Positions 40,491-48,490 of a DNA stretch of 64,000 nt are shown here, piece by piece. A program made the position numbers and the translations under genes. The notes under the pieces were generated by a model. That model worked only from the letters and a program-made list of their open reading frames with translations, searched no databases and was not told the DNA's origin. Position 1 is the first letter of the stretch, and the number at the start of each line of letters is the position of its first letter. The stretch is from contig DAOSEK010000004.1 of NCBI GenBank assembly GCA_035363095.1, positions 30,893 through 94,892 on the forward strand, read 5' to 3'. The DNA is from Candidatus Woesearchaeota archaeon (GTDB lineage Archaea; Nanobdellota; Nanobdellia; Woesearchaeales; UBA119).

Positions 40491-41114
40491 ATGTCAAAGA
40501 CAAGAGTTCTCATTATTAGGCACGGCGAAACCGATAGTAATCTCGCAGGAAAGCTTGACGGGCAAGTTGAGACAACACTCACGGAGAAGGGCATTGCGCA
40601 AGCGGAGCAACTGGGAGAGCTACTGGCGGAGGAGCAGATTGATATCGCGTTCGCATCACCGCTCAATCGTTCGCAAGAGACGGCCAAAATTGTCCTCAAG
40701 CACCATGGAGTTGAGATTGTAACTGAGCAGACCATGATGGAAATTGATTGTGGAGATTGCACTCTACGTTTCCGAGATGATGTCATAAAAGAGTTTCCTG
40801 ATCTCGCAAAAGGGTGGGAAGAACAAGTCGACCCTCCATTCCCAAATGGCGAGAGTCTCAGAGATGTACAAGCACGTGTCATGCCATTCATCAAGAAGAT
40901 ACTGAAAGAGCACGAAGGAAAGACCATTCTCCTCAGCGGCCATGGTGCGCTCAACCGTGCCATCATCGGCGCATTCTTAGAGGTTCCTGCAGGTCTTTGC
41001 TGGAATATCGATCAGAGCAACTGTTGTCTTAACGAGATCTCATTCCGAGGTGACAAATATACTGTTAAGAGAGTGAATCACGACCCTGCCCTTGGCGTCT
41101 TAAAGAAGGAATAG
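40491..41114 (+). CDS. Histidine phosphatase (phosphoglycerate-mutase-like) family protein
   Basis: Start set at MSKTRVLIIRHGETDSN (RHG motif); SGHGALNRA second His motif. Confidence 0.8.
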   Translation: MSKTRVLIIRHGETDSNLAGKLDGQVETTLTEKGIAQAEQLGELLAEEQIDIAFASPLNRSQETAKIVLKHHGVEIVTEQTMMEIDCGDCTLRFRDDVIKEFPDLAKGWEEQVDPPFPNGESLRDVQARVMPFIKKILKEHEGKTILLSGHGALNRAIIGAFLEVPAGLCWNIDQSNCCLNEISFRGDKYTVKRVNHDPALGVLKKE

Positions 41115-42307
41115 ATACTTATTCCCAAACGGTCAAGGAGGAGTCTAAAGACTGCATACCAAGGACCCGCGCAGTTCAGGACGCTTTTGAGTCCAAGAGA
41201 AAGATATGTTCCAAGGGTCTGTTTTCTGCTCTGAAATCTTGCGACTAGTGAATGGATAACAAATACATAGTTAAACAAGAACAAGAGCAGAAGCGTGAAA
41301 AGGAGGGGTTGCCTTATTGCCCAGAAGCCGACTACGAAAAGAACGGGTGGGCCAAGAATCCATTGTGAAAGTATTGCGTAGCGATGAAGCGTTTTCCAGA
41401 GTCCTCCGTTCTTGGAGGCAAGGTATTCTTTGTACAATAATAGTTCTCCAGCAAACCATCTCGCAGATTGTTGAATATTATCCGAGAGAGAATATGGAAC
41501 AGTGCAAGTATCGAAATAGGGTACTGGTTTAATAAGTACATTTGCGAAGGAGAGACGATAACCAAAGGCAAGATCCTCTGTGAGTGAATATGTTGGGAAA
41601 GGATTCTTTTTGGCATACGTTGATTCAATGATGAGTCCGTGACCAACACAATACGCAAGTAAACAAATCTTTCCCGCCGAATAGTTTTTCAAAATAGTAG
41701 GGAGTTCATATGCAAGCGTCCATCGCGTTTGGAAGAGGGCATTTGCTCGGGCCAACAGAGGTTGCCCATCAGCACAGTAACTGCTGAACATCTGATAGAC
41801 AAGAGCCGGCTCAGGATCTCGCATGACATAACGAATCCCATCTACTGAAGGTCGTGAGTCTGCGTCAAAGATTGCAATGTAATGGTTGTTCACATGCTTC
41901 ATTCGATTGATCGCCTCATTGAGCTGTGCCGCTTTTCCATGAGCTCTTGATTGATAAATAGAAATCTTAGGCGAAGATATGGCCTCCTTGATTGCACGAT
42001 ATGTCTTGTTGGCATAACTCGTACCTTCACGGGCTGTTGTGACGAAGAGAACGCGTATGCCTTGCAATGAGGAGATCAGATGCTCAAAATACTTAACTGT
42101 TTCCCCAATAATGGATGCTTCATCATAGACAGGTATAAGAATAGTCAGTCCCATATTTCCCAATCGCGCCATTTTCTTTGTTTGCAAGAAACGAATCGAC
42201 AATTGGATATTGATGATATATTGCATCACACGCACATTCGCATAGAGAAGAATGATAAGTATGAGCACATCAATCATCGAGAGCACCCCTGAATGCGTCA
42301 AGATCAA
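41078..42307 (-). CDS. Family 2 glycosyltransferase with N- and C-terminal TM segments
   Basis: LTILIPVYDEASII, FDADSRP (DxD), QSARW-like (QxxRW) motif. Confidence 0.75.
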   Translation of the reverse strand: MILTHSGVLSMIDVLILIILLYANVRVMQYIINIQLSIRFLQTKKMARLGNMGLTILIPVYDEASIIGETVKYFEHLISSLQGIRVLFVTTAREGTSYANKTYRAIKEAISSPKISIYQSRAHGKAAQLNEAINRMKHVNNHYIAIFDADSRPSVDGIRYVMRDPEPALVYQMFSSYCADGQPLLARANALFQTRWTLAYELPTILKNYSAGKICLLAYCVGHGLIIESTYAKKNPFPTYSLTEDLAFGYRLSFANVLIKPVPYFDTCTVPYSLSDNIQQSARWFAGELLLYKEYLASKNGGLWKTLHRYAILSQWILGPPVLFVVGFWAIRQPLLFTLLLLFLFNYVFVIHSLVARFQSRKQTLGTYLSLGLKSVLNCAGPWYAVFRLLLDRLGISIYSFFKTPRAGS

Positions 42308-42914
42308 GTCTAGGTCCTAGTGAGTTCATTTCTTCCAAAGGTATTAGTGAATACTTCTCTTCTGTACTCAGTGTTGCATCAAGGCAGACAATCTTGATTC
42401 CCTGCATACTATCAAAGAGCGCATAGTCTGCGCGTTTAAGATCGTGAAGGAAGTTTGTATCGCGCCAGAAAGAAGGAAGAGGTGGTTCTTCACCATTCTG
42501 AATTCTAATCCTTTGACGATTAATGGACTCTTCCGGAGATATATTCAGATAAATGAGGGTGTCTGGCAGAAATAATCTCTCTTGTGCAAGGGCTAAAGCA
42601 TATTGAGCCATTGTTGGCGCAAAACCATCTATCCCACTGTATCTTGAGTAGGCATATGCGTAAGAGAGGTGCGTCAGGAATGAACGGTCATAGATTGTTT
42701 GTTTATCATCAACAAACCGCTCGCTCTCTGGAGCAATGAACCAATCATTTATTGAGAGCATGTGCTCTAGATTAAGACCATCACCAGGGAATGCGTTCGG
42801 CGGAAGAACATGGCCCAGCTCATGAACCACCCTATACTTTTGTCTCTCCAACAAATAGAGCAAGGTGCTCTTCCCTGTGGCTGGAAGTCCTTCAATGAAT
42901 ATTCTGGTCATCAT
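42270..42914 (-). CDS. P-loop kinase (deoxynucleoside/nucleotide-kinase-like)
   Basis: Walker A GLPATGKST at the N-terminus; 214 aa. Confidence 0.55.
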   Translation of the reverse strand: MMTRIFIEGLPATGKSTLLYLLERQKYRVVHELGHVLPPNAFPGDGLNLEHMLSINDWFIAPESERFVDDKQTIYDRSFLTHLSYAYAYSRYSGIDGFAPTMAQYALALAQERLFLPDTLIYLNISPEESINRQRIRIQNGEEPPLPSFWRDTNFLHDLKRADYALFDSMQGIKIVCLDATLSTEEKYSLIPLEEMNSLGPRLDLDAFRGALDD

Positions 42915-43083
42915 ACACGCTCCTTTGCTTGAGGATTATAAATATCTCCAAATAGTTTTTTACATGACTATAAGGTCTTATTTGGCATCTCTTTATTGTA
43001 GAAATAATTCTATCTTGAACATCTAATGGAAGTTTACTTAATTGTTTATCTGCAAAATCTGAAAAAGTTACTTCGTAAGTCAT
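42892..43083 (-). pseudogene. Truncated relE copy (first ~43 codons intact, 3-prime end replaced by the island)
   Basis: MTYEVTFSDFADKQLSKLPLDVQDRIISTIKRCQIRPY matches 39016-39276, then diverges at about 42953. Confidence 0.7.
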
Positions 43084-43301
43084 CTTTTCAACCTTGCTTC
43101 AACTTGTGCAAGAGTTTTAACTCGTCCAGCTCTTATATCTTCTTCAGATTTTCTAATATTTTCCAGTGTTTGTTCAGATAATTCCATGGTGTCTTCTAAT
43201 AAATCTCTGATTATGTCCTCATAACTTTCCTTATCGTACATTTTACGAGATTTTAAATCTTCTAACAGATCTTTGCTTACTTGAATAGTTGTAGTTGTCA
43301 T
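43080..43301 (-). CDS. Antitoxin, second copy (73 aa)
   Basis: Same protein as 39273-39494. Confidence 0.7.
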   Translation of the reverse strand: MTTTTIQVSKDLLEDLKSRKMYDKESYEDIIRDLLEDTMELSEQTLENIRKSEEDIRAGRVKTLAQVEARLKR

Positions 43302-43368
43302 AGAAAGTATATAATGTGCTATGGTAAGTAAATATTTCGTTTTTTTAGGGGTTAAAATAAAATTAGAC

Positions 43369-43392
43369 ATAACATCGGAATTCCTGTTAAGT
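43369..43392 (+). repeat. Cassette-junction core C0b
   Basis: ataacatcggaattcctgttaagt. Confidence 0.8.
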
Positions 43393-43500
43393 TTGTTTCC
43401 AGCTATGAACGAAGTGGAGTTCGGAAAACCTGCATCCGCAACGTTATTTTCAAGGGCAGTATTCCGTTCCATAAAACAAAAGATTTAAATAATTATACGT

Positions 43501-43538
43501 AATTACACAGGTTATAAATAATTACACAGGTGATAAAT
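43501..43538 (+). promoter_or_regulatory. Tandem 2 x 19-bp direct repeat (candidate operator/promoter of the PIN TA operon)
   Basis: aattacacaggttataaat / aattacacaggtgataaat, overlapping the annotated GTG start. Confidence 0.4.
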
Positions 43539-43757
43539 ATAGTAAATGTGACATTATCAATTCCAACAGATTTAAAACGTAAAATGGATGATTTTGCAGA
43601 GATAAATTGGAGTGCTGTTGCAAGAGAAGCATTCGGAGAAAAAATAAATGATCTTGAATTTATTAAAAGATTTAAAAGTAAAAGCACTATTACTGATGAA
43701 GATGCATTAAATCTTGGAAGAGAATTAAACGAAAGACTTGCAAAGAGAAGAAACTAA
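43530..43757 (+). CDS. vapB: Ribbon-helix-helix antitoxin (VapB-like)
   Basis: VTLSIPTDLKRKMDDF is RHH-like. The true start may be the GTG at 43548. Confidence 0.6.
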   Translation: MINIVNVTLSIPTDLKRKMDDFAEINWSAVAREAFGEKINDLEFIKRFKSKSTITDEDALNLGRELNERLAKRRN

Positions 43758-43758
43758 A

Positions 43759-44163
43759 ATGGATTTAGTCGTTGATGCAAACATATTCTTTTCAGTTCTT
43801 ATCAAAAGTGGAAAAACAGAAGAATTAATGTTTGATCCCGCACTGCATCTTTTTGCTCCAGAATTTATTTTTGAAGAGTTTATTAAATACAAAAATCATA
43901 TCATAAAAAAGACTGGAAGAACAGAAAATGAGTTTAATAAACTTATAGAAATTCTTAGAAAAAAGATAAAAACAATTTCAAATGAAGAAATAGAAAAATT
44001 CATACCTAAAGCCAGAGAAATATGTCCAGATAAAAATGATGTAGATTATTTTGCTTTGGCATTAAGATTAAATTGTGCTTTATGGAGTAATTATAAAGAA
44101 TTGAAAAATCAAAAGGTTGTTCTAGTTTATGCAACACATGAATTATTAAAAATCTTTGAATGA
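43759..44163 (+). CDS. vapC: PIN-domain toxin (VapC-like)
   Basis: MDLVVDANIFFSVLIK (first acidic PIN residue); start set at ATG 43759. Confidence 0.72.
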   Translation: MDLVVDANIFFSVLIKSGKTEELMFDPALHLFAPEFIFEEFIKYKNHIIKKTGRTENEFNKLIEILRKKIKTISNEEIEKFIPKAREICPDKNDVDYFALALRLNCALWSNYKELKNQKVVLVYATHELLKIFE

Positions 44164-44334
44164 AATTATCCAGAAAAACTGCCCTTTCTCTTTTTAAGCC
44201 CTTGAAAATAACTCTTTGGGATTTTTTCACTTCGTGAAATACTCAAAAATTTATAATTTTTGGTGCACAGAAAATCTATGATTTTCTTGTGAATCGTTGC
44301 ACTATCCCTCGGTCTTTTCTACGAAAAGACGCAA

Positions 44335-44358
44335 CTAACATAAGGATCCTTGTTATGT
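44335..44358 (+). repeat. Cassette-junction core 1
   Basis: ctaacataaggatccttgttatgt. Confidence 0.75.
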
Positions 44359-44386
44359 GGGGAGACCGCAAGTCGACCAACGGGAT

Positions 44387-44405
44387 AATTGAACTAAGAA
44401 AATTT
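44387..44405. repeat. Cassette-bracketing inverted repeat, HD cassette, left arm (19 bp, perfect)
   Basis: aattgaactaagaaaattt, which overlaps the stop codon of the HD gene. Partner at 44818-44836. Confidence 0.85.
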
Positions 44406-44798
44406 ACGTGCATACTCAATCCAATCTTTATGATGAAGAGATAGTTTATCTGCTACTTGTATTATTCTACCATAGATTGTTGTAGGTGTTTGTTTTCTTC
44501 TATGATTAAGAATACAATCAGAGATTTCTTCTTTAATTGATTTAAATTCAGGATATTTCTGTAAAAATTTATCCAAATATTGAAGTCCTATCTCATGATG
44601 CTTATCTTTATCGTCTTTCCTTCCAACATCATGAATCCAACCACCAATATCAAAAATAATTGGATTTAAATCAGTATTCTTAATCATATTATTACAACAA
44701 TCTATTACACAAGCAGAATGAATTTTTATTTTTTCATCATTCCATTCTTGTTCAAAAAATTCTTTTGCCTTTGAATATGCATTACTCATAAAGATCAA
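44394..44798 (-). CDS. HD-domain phosphohydrolase
   Basis: IHDVGR (HD motif), HH..G; 134 aa. Confidence 0.72.
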   Translation of the reverse strand: MIFMSNAYSKAKEFFEQEWNDEKIKIHSACVIDCCNNMIKNTDLNPIIFDIGGWIHDVGRKDDKDKHHEIGLQYLDKFLQKYPEFKSIKEEISDCILNHRRKQTPTTIYGRIIQVADKLSLHHKDWIEYARKFS

Positions 44799-44817
44799 AT
44801 GTGCTCTTAGGTTTATA

Positions 44818-44836
44818 AAATTTTCTTAGTTCAATT
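44818..44836. repeat. HD cassette bracketing IR, right arm
   Basis: aaattttcttagttcaatt, the exact reverse complement of 44387-44405. Confidence 0.85.
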
Positions 44837-44839
44837 GCA

Positions 44840-44862
44840 AATAACATCGAGCCCTGTTAAGT
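44840..44862 (+). repeat. Cassette-junction core 2
   Basis: aataacatcgagccctgttaagt. Confidence 0.75.
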
Positions 44863-44907
44863 GAGGTCGAGGAACAAAGCGACTAAAGCGCAGCGTCCCC
44901 TTAGCGT

Positions 44908-44920
44908 TTAAGTTTTGGCA
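44908..44920. repeat. PRTase cassette bracketing IR, left arm (13 bp)
   Basis: ttaagttttggca; partner tgccaaaacttaa at 45493-45505. Confidence 0.8.
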
Positions 44921-44922
44921 AG

Positions 44923-45450
44923 TTACATTTCATCGATTATTCTAATTGCTTTAAGATTGTATTTTTGAAATAAAATTTGAGTCTGTTTATTTTTATGAGA
45001 ACAAAGGGAAGAGATTCCAACTATTTCTCCACCTAATTCTTCAATTAGTTTTATAGAAGATTTCATCTGAGTTCCTGTATCAATCCATTCATCAACAAGA
45101 AGTATTTTCTCACCTTTTTTGACTGATGATTTATTTATTTCAAAAGATTTTGATGTATTAGTATAATCAACAAAAGATGATTTTTTTAGAACTGTATCAT
45201 TAATTCCTGGAAGCTTTCCTCCTTTTCTGATGCAGATAAAACCTTTATTCTTCTTTTGTGCTAATGCTCCACCAATTACAAAACCTAATGCATCAAGTCC
45301 TGCAATTTTATCAAAATCTGCATCTTTGAAAGGTTCAATTAAATCATTAAGTAAATTTGAAAATACTTCAGGATTCTCAAAAATAGGAGTCACATCATAT
45401 CTTCCTTTTGTTTCTTTGTTGATAAATTGACTATAATATTCGTATTCCAT
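44923..45450 (-). CDS. Phosphoribosyltransferase (adenine/purine PRTase-like)
   Basis: ILLVDEWIDTGTQ PRPP-binding motif. Start set at MEYEYYSQF (ATG 45450); the TTG extension overlaps the IR. Confidence 0.72.
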   Translation of the reverse strand: MEYEYYSQFINKETKGRYDVTPIFENPEVFSNLLNDLIEPFKDADFDKIAGLDALGFVIGGALAQKKNKGFICIRKGGKLPGINDTVLKKSSFVDYTNTSKSFEINKSSVKKGEKILLVDEWIDTGTQMKSSIKLIEELGGEIVGISSLCSHKNKQTQILFQKYNLKAIRIIDEM

Positions 45451-45492
45451 ATTAAAAATAAACAGACTTGACTTTAATATAAATCTTTCGAG

Positions 45493-45505
45493 TGCCAAAA
45501 CTTAA
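45493..45505. repeat. PRTase cassette bracketing IR, right arm
   Basis: tgccaaaacttaa. Confidence 0.8.
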
Positions 45506-45510
45506 ATGTC

Positions 45511-45537
45511 ACTTAACATCACACAGTGCTGTTAAAC
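45511..45537 (+). repeat. Cassette-junction core 3
   Basis: acttaacatcacacagtgctgttaaac. Confidence 0.7.
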
Positions 45538-45673
45538 TCCCCAGAAAGAAGTGAGAGCGCAGCGTGGGTCGAGCGAAGCGAAGAAGTTTCTTACTGCCAT
45601 AAAATCTCACAGCTGCCGTAGTTTTTGCCAACTTAATCCAAAACTGTAGAAAAATATTTATACCGATATAAAT

Positions 45674-46384
45674 ATGTATGAAATAATGGCTAAATTTTTA
45701 ACAACTACGGGAGTATCTTATCATTTAGAAAATATAATAAAAAATGCAAAAGATAGATTAATTTTGATTAGTCCTTATTTACAAATAAATGAGAGAATTA
45801 AAGAGTTCCTTACAACAAAAAGTAAAGAGAAGACTGAGGTAAGACTCATATTTAAGGAAACGAATGAAATTGAACAACTTGATTGGCTAAAAAAATTGAA
45901 TCATTTTAGATTAAGTAAATGTAAAAACCTTCATGCAAAGTGCTATATGAATGATGATGAAGTCTTAATAACAAGTATGAACTTATTTGAGTTTTCACAA
46001 CAAAATAATAATGAAATGGGTATCTTAATAAGCAAAAACGATGATTTATCTCTCTTTAATGAAGTTTTAAAAGAAGTTACAAGAATTTTAGATGTAAGTG
46101 ATGAGGTTAAAGTTAGTATTCATAAAGTCAATCTTAAAAATGAAACTCATGAATATAAGCGAGAATTTGACTCTTCTTCTGAAAACGGATATTGTATTAG
46201 GTGCGGCAAAAAAATTAAAGTTGATATTATGAAACCTTATTGTCGTGATTGTTATGATGTATGGTCTGATTTTTTTAATCCAGATTATGAAGAAGTTGTT
46301 TGTCATGTATGTGGTAAAAGTAATAAATCTACAATGAATAAACCATTATGTTATGATTGTTATAAAGAAAATAAACAAGACTAA
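45674..46384 (+). CDS. PLD/Nuc-like (HxK) nuclease domain protein with two C-terminal CxxC zinc ribbons
   Basis: NLHAKCYMNDDEVLITSMNL (HKD motif); CIRCGK...CRDC and CHVCGK...CYDC. Confidence 0.7.
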   Translation: MYEIMAKFLTTTGVSYHLENIIKNAKDRLILISPYLQINERIKEFLTTKSKEKTEVRLIFKETNEIEQLDWLKKLNHFRLSKCKNLHAKCYMNDDEVLITSMNLFEFSQQNNNEMGILISKNDDLSLFNEVLKEVTRILDVSDEVKVSIHKVNLKNETHEYKREFDSSSENGYCIRCGKKIKVDIMKPYCRDCYDVWSDFFNPDYEEVVCHVCGKSNKSTMNKPLCYDCYKENKQD

Positions 46385-46541
46385 ACTCTCTTTCTGTCCT
46401 TGTTGGCAAAAATTTTGTTTAGCGAATATTATGAGAAGTTGCAGAGCAATTTTAAGTTGCCTTTTTGTGTGAGTTAAACGAAGGCACCTATCTTTTTGGA
46501 TTCTCGGATTACCTCCTCGGGAGGCAGTAAGAAAATTTTGG

Positions 46542-46565
46542 CTAACATAAGGATCCTTGTTATGT
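46542..46565 (+). repeat. Cassette-junction core 4
   Basis: ctaacataaggatccttgttatgt, identical to core 1. Confidence 0.75.
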
Positions 46566-46731
46566 GGGGAGACTGCAAGGCGAACGACCATAGGGACAGT
46601 TTTCAAAAATCCATGTCTTAAAGTGTGAAACACAATTCAACACAGAAATCAAGAGGTTTTGGACTAAAAAAGCGAAATATTTATATTATAGAATATTATA
46701 TTTCATTATAAATTATAATGAAGGTGATATT

Positions 46732-46977
46732 ATGGTACAAGCAATTGTAAAAATAGGAGAATATGAAGATAGGATTTTGACTATTGTTAAAGGTAAATTT
46801 GGACTCAAGAATAAATCTGAAGCAATAAATTTTGTTATTGATAAATATGAAAAAGAGCTTCTTGAACCTGAATTAAAACCCGAATTTATTAAAGAGATAA
46901 AAAATTTAGAAAAGAAAGGTAAATTCAAACCTTATAAGAGCCTATCTGCTTTGAAATCTGATATAGAAAATGCGTGA
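46732..46977 (+). CDS. Antitoxin of the adjacent RelE-like toxin
   Basis: 81 aa; 8-nt overlap with the toxin gene. Confidence 0.55.
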   Translation: MVQAIVKIGEYEDRILTIVKGKFGLKNKSEAINFVIDKYEKELLEPELKPEFIKEIKNLEKKGKFKPYKSLSALKSDIENA

Positions 46978-47239
46978 ATTTTCAATAGAAGAAGATTTGA
47001 AAAAGAATCTTAGTAAAATATCTAAAAAGGATAAAATTCTTTATAATGCAATTATGAAGAAGATTGAAGAGATCCTTACTTGTGAAGATGTTAATCATTA
47101 TAAAAATTTGAAGAAACCTCTTCAAGATTTTAAAAGAGTACATGTTAAGAGTTCTTTTGTTTTAACTTTTAAATATATTGAATCAGAGGATAAAGTCGTC
47201 TTTTATAGATTGAAACATCATGACGATATTTACCAATAA
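46970..47239 (+). CDS. RelE/StbE-family type II toxin
   Basis: 89 aa, ...FKRVHVKSSFVLTFKYIESEDKVVFYRLKHHDDIY. Confidence 0.68.
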   Translation: MREFSIEEDLKKNLSKISKKDKILYNAIMKKIEEILTCEDVNHYKNLKKPLQDFKRVHVKSSFVLTFKYIESEDKVVFYRLKHHDDIYQ

Positions 47240-47285
47240 GTCCAAAACCTCTTTCTGTTTTTTTCAGGATTTTTGAAAATTGCAC

Positions 47286-47309
47286 ATAACATCGGAATTC
47301 CTGTTATAA
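47286..47309 (+). repeat. Cassette-junction core 5
   Basis: ataacatcggaattcctgttataa. Confidence 0.8.
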
Positions 47310-47325
47310 TCCCCAAAGGGCAGAG

Positions 47326-47340
47326 TTAATCTTGAGCCCC
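47326..47340. repeat. ASCH cassette bracketing IR, left arm (15 bp, perfect)
   Basis: ttaatcttgagcccc (the last 4 codons plus stop of the gene). Partner at 47727-47741. Confidence 0.85.
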
Positions 47341-47685
47341 GTTTAGAAGTCTTATCTTAATCCCTAAAACTCCATATTGTTGCTCTTTTTCTTTAGAATA
47401 AATTGTGTAAATACTATTTACAAAATTTTCAACAGAATAATCTTTTGGATAGCCATAATACTCCATTCCAAAATCATTTACCAAATCTCTAAAAGATTTG
47501 TATCTTAAAAGAGCAACAATTTCAACTTTTACTTTATCCTCTAAATCTGGCAATTTGGAAAATTCAATAATATCTCCAACATTCAACTCTTGACGTTTTT
47601 CATCATAAAGTCTAATTTCAATTGTTTTTTTGCCAGATGAAATTCTTTCATAAGGACTTTCTAAAAGTTTCATTGAATGTTCCAT
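47326..47685 (-). CDS. ASCH-domain protein
   Basis: SGKKTIEIRLYDEKRQELNVGDII is typical of ASCH. Start set at MEHSMKLLES; the track extension to 47793 crosses core 6. Confidence 0.68.
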   Translation of the reverse strand: MEHSMKLLESPYERISSGKKTIEIRLYDEKRQELNVGDIIEFSKLPDLEDKVKVEIVALLRYKSFRDLVNDFGMEYYGYPKDYSVENFVNSIYTIYSKEKEQQYGVLGIKIRLLNGAQD

Positions 47686-47726
47686 AGATAAAGTAAAAGT
47701 TGCTAATGATATAAAGTTTTGTGTTA

Positions 47727-47741
47727 GGGGCTCAAGATTAA
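47727..47741. repeat. ASCH cassette bracketing IR, right arm
   Basis: ggggctcaagattaa. Confidence 0.85.
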
Positions 47742-47746
47742 TTGAA

Positions 47747-47771
47747 TATAACATCGGGATCCTTGTTAAAC
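47747..47771 (+). repeat. Cassette-junction core 6
   Basis: tataacatcgggatccttgttaaac. Confidence 0.8.
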
Positions 47772-47831
47772 GTCCCGAACGAAGTGAGAGCACAGCGTGG
47801 TCGTAGTGTAGCGAAGCGGAACGGAGAAGTC

Positions 47832-47843
47832 ATAAAAAGGTGC
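47832..47843. repeat. 2H-phosphoesterase cassette bracketing IR, left arm (12 bp)
   Basis: ataaaaaggtgc; partner gcacctttttat at 48385-48396. Confidence 0.75.
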
Positions 47844-47883
47844 GATACATTAATAAAAGAATAAGAATAATTGATTTTATAGA

Positions 47884-48384
47884 ATGAAACAAGTACTTAC
47901 AATTTTTTTAGATAAGGATGAGAAGATAGATAATATTAGAAAGAAATATGTTCCTAATTATGAAAAATTTGAACCTCATATTACATTAGTTTATCCTTTT
48001 GAGTTTGAAGATCAAGATAAACTTAAAGAACATATTTCTGAATTATTAAAAGATTTTGAACCTTTTGAAATTTCATTAGAAGGATTGCAAAAATCTGAAA
48101 AAGGATTCTATCTCTATCTTCTTGTAAATAAAGGAAAAGAAAAAATTGTAAGTTTGCATGAAAAGTTGAATGGTGGAATATTAGACGATTTTAGAAATCC
48201 TGATATGCCAAAATATATTGCTCATTTGTCAATTTGTGTCTTTGAAAATGAAGAACAAAGAGAGAAAGCAATTGATGAGATTTCTAAAATTAATATTAAA
48301 TTTGAGATGAAAATTAATTCCATTCAGCTTTTAACAATTGATGAAAACCATTCTTTAAAATCTAAAGAAGAATTCTATCTTTAA
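47884..48384 (+). CDS. 2H phosphoesterase (LigT / 2-prime-5-prime RNA ligase-like)
   Basis: Two HxT/S motifs: EPHITLVYPF and IAHLSICV. Confidence 0.7.
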   Translation: MKQVLTIFLDKDEKIDNIRKKYVPNYEKFEPHITLVYPFEFEDQDKLKEHISELLKDFEPFEISLEGLQKSEKGFYLYLLVNKGKEKIVSLHEKLNGGILDDFRNPDMPKYIAHLSICVFENEEQREKAIDEISKINIKFEMKINSIQLLTIDENHSLKSKEEFYL

Positions 48385-48396
48385 GCACCTTTTTAT
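48385..48396. repeat. 2H-phosphoesterase cassette bracketing IR, right arm
   Basis: gcacctttttat. Confidence 0.75.
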
Positions 48397-48403
48397 TATT
48401 ACG

Positions 48404-48431
48404 TTGAACATCGGGCTAAGCCCTGTTATAT
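48404..48431 (+). repeat. Cassette-junction core 7
   Basis: ttgaacatcgggctaagccctgttatat. Confidence 0.75.
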
Positions 48432-48466
48432 GACCCTCACGAAGTGAGAGCGCAACGTGGCTTGAG

Positions 48467-48480
48467 TTCCGAACCCCGCC
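48467..48480. repeat. Cys-rich-protein cassette bracketing IR, left arm (14 bp, perfect)
   Basis: ttccgaaccccgcc; partner ggcggggttcggaa at 49102-49115. Confidence 0.85.
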
Positions 48481-48490
48481 GTTTCAGTTA

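Larger units (their letters stand above)
39935..42914. other. GC-rich (about 45-50%) four-gene island, compositionally foreign
   Basis: Hand counts give about 47% GC at 40501-40560 versus about 20% at 30661-30720. Bounded by the duplicated TA cassette. Confidence 0.7.
42953..43443. repeat. About 490-bp direct duplication, copy 2
   Basis: See 39146-39636. Confidence 0.85.

Noticed and set aside
40388-40966. 192-aa minus-strand ORF and several 60-110-aa ORFs (40814-41032, 41271-41459, 41317-41532, 41332-41658, 42080-42292) in the GC-rich island.
   Set aside because: These are antisense or alternate-frame shadows of the histidine phosphatase and GT2 genes. Higher GC content reduces random stops, and their composition is Ser/Arg/Cys-rich.
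46346-46633. 95-aa minus-strand ORF between the PLD and RelE cassettes.
   Set aside because: It lies entirely in junction 4 (core, hairpins, bracketing repeat arm). It has low-complexity composition and no start context.
47686-47793. Upstream extension of the ASCH ORF.
   Set aside because: It crosses core 6 and the right bracketing repeat. The ASCH domain starts after MEHSMKLL.
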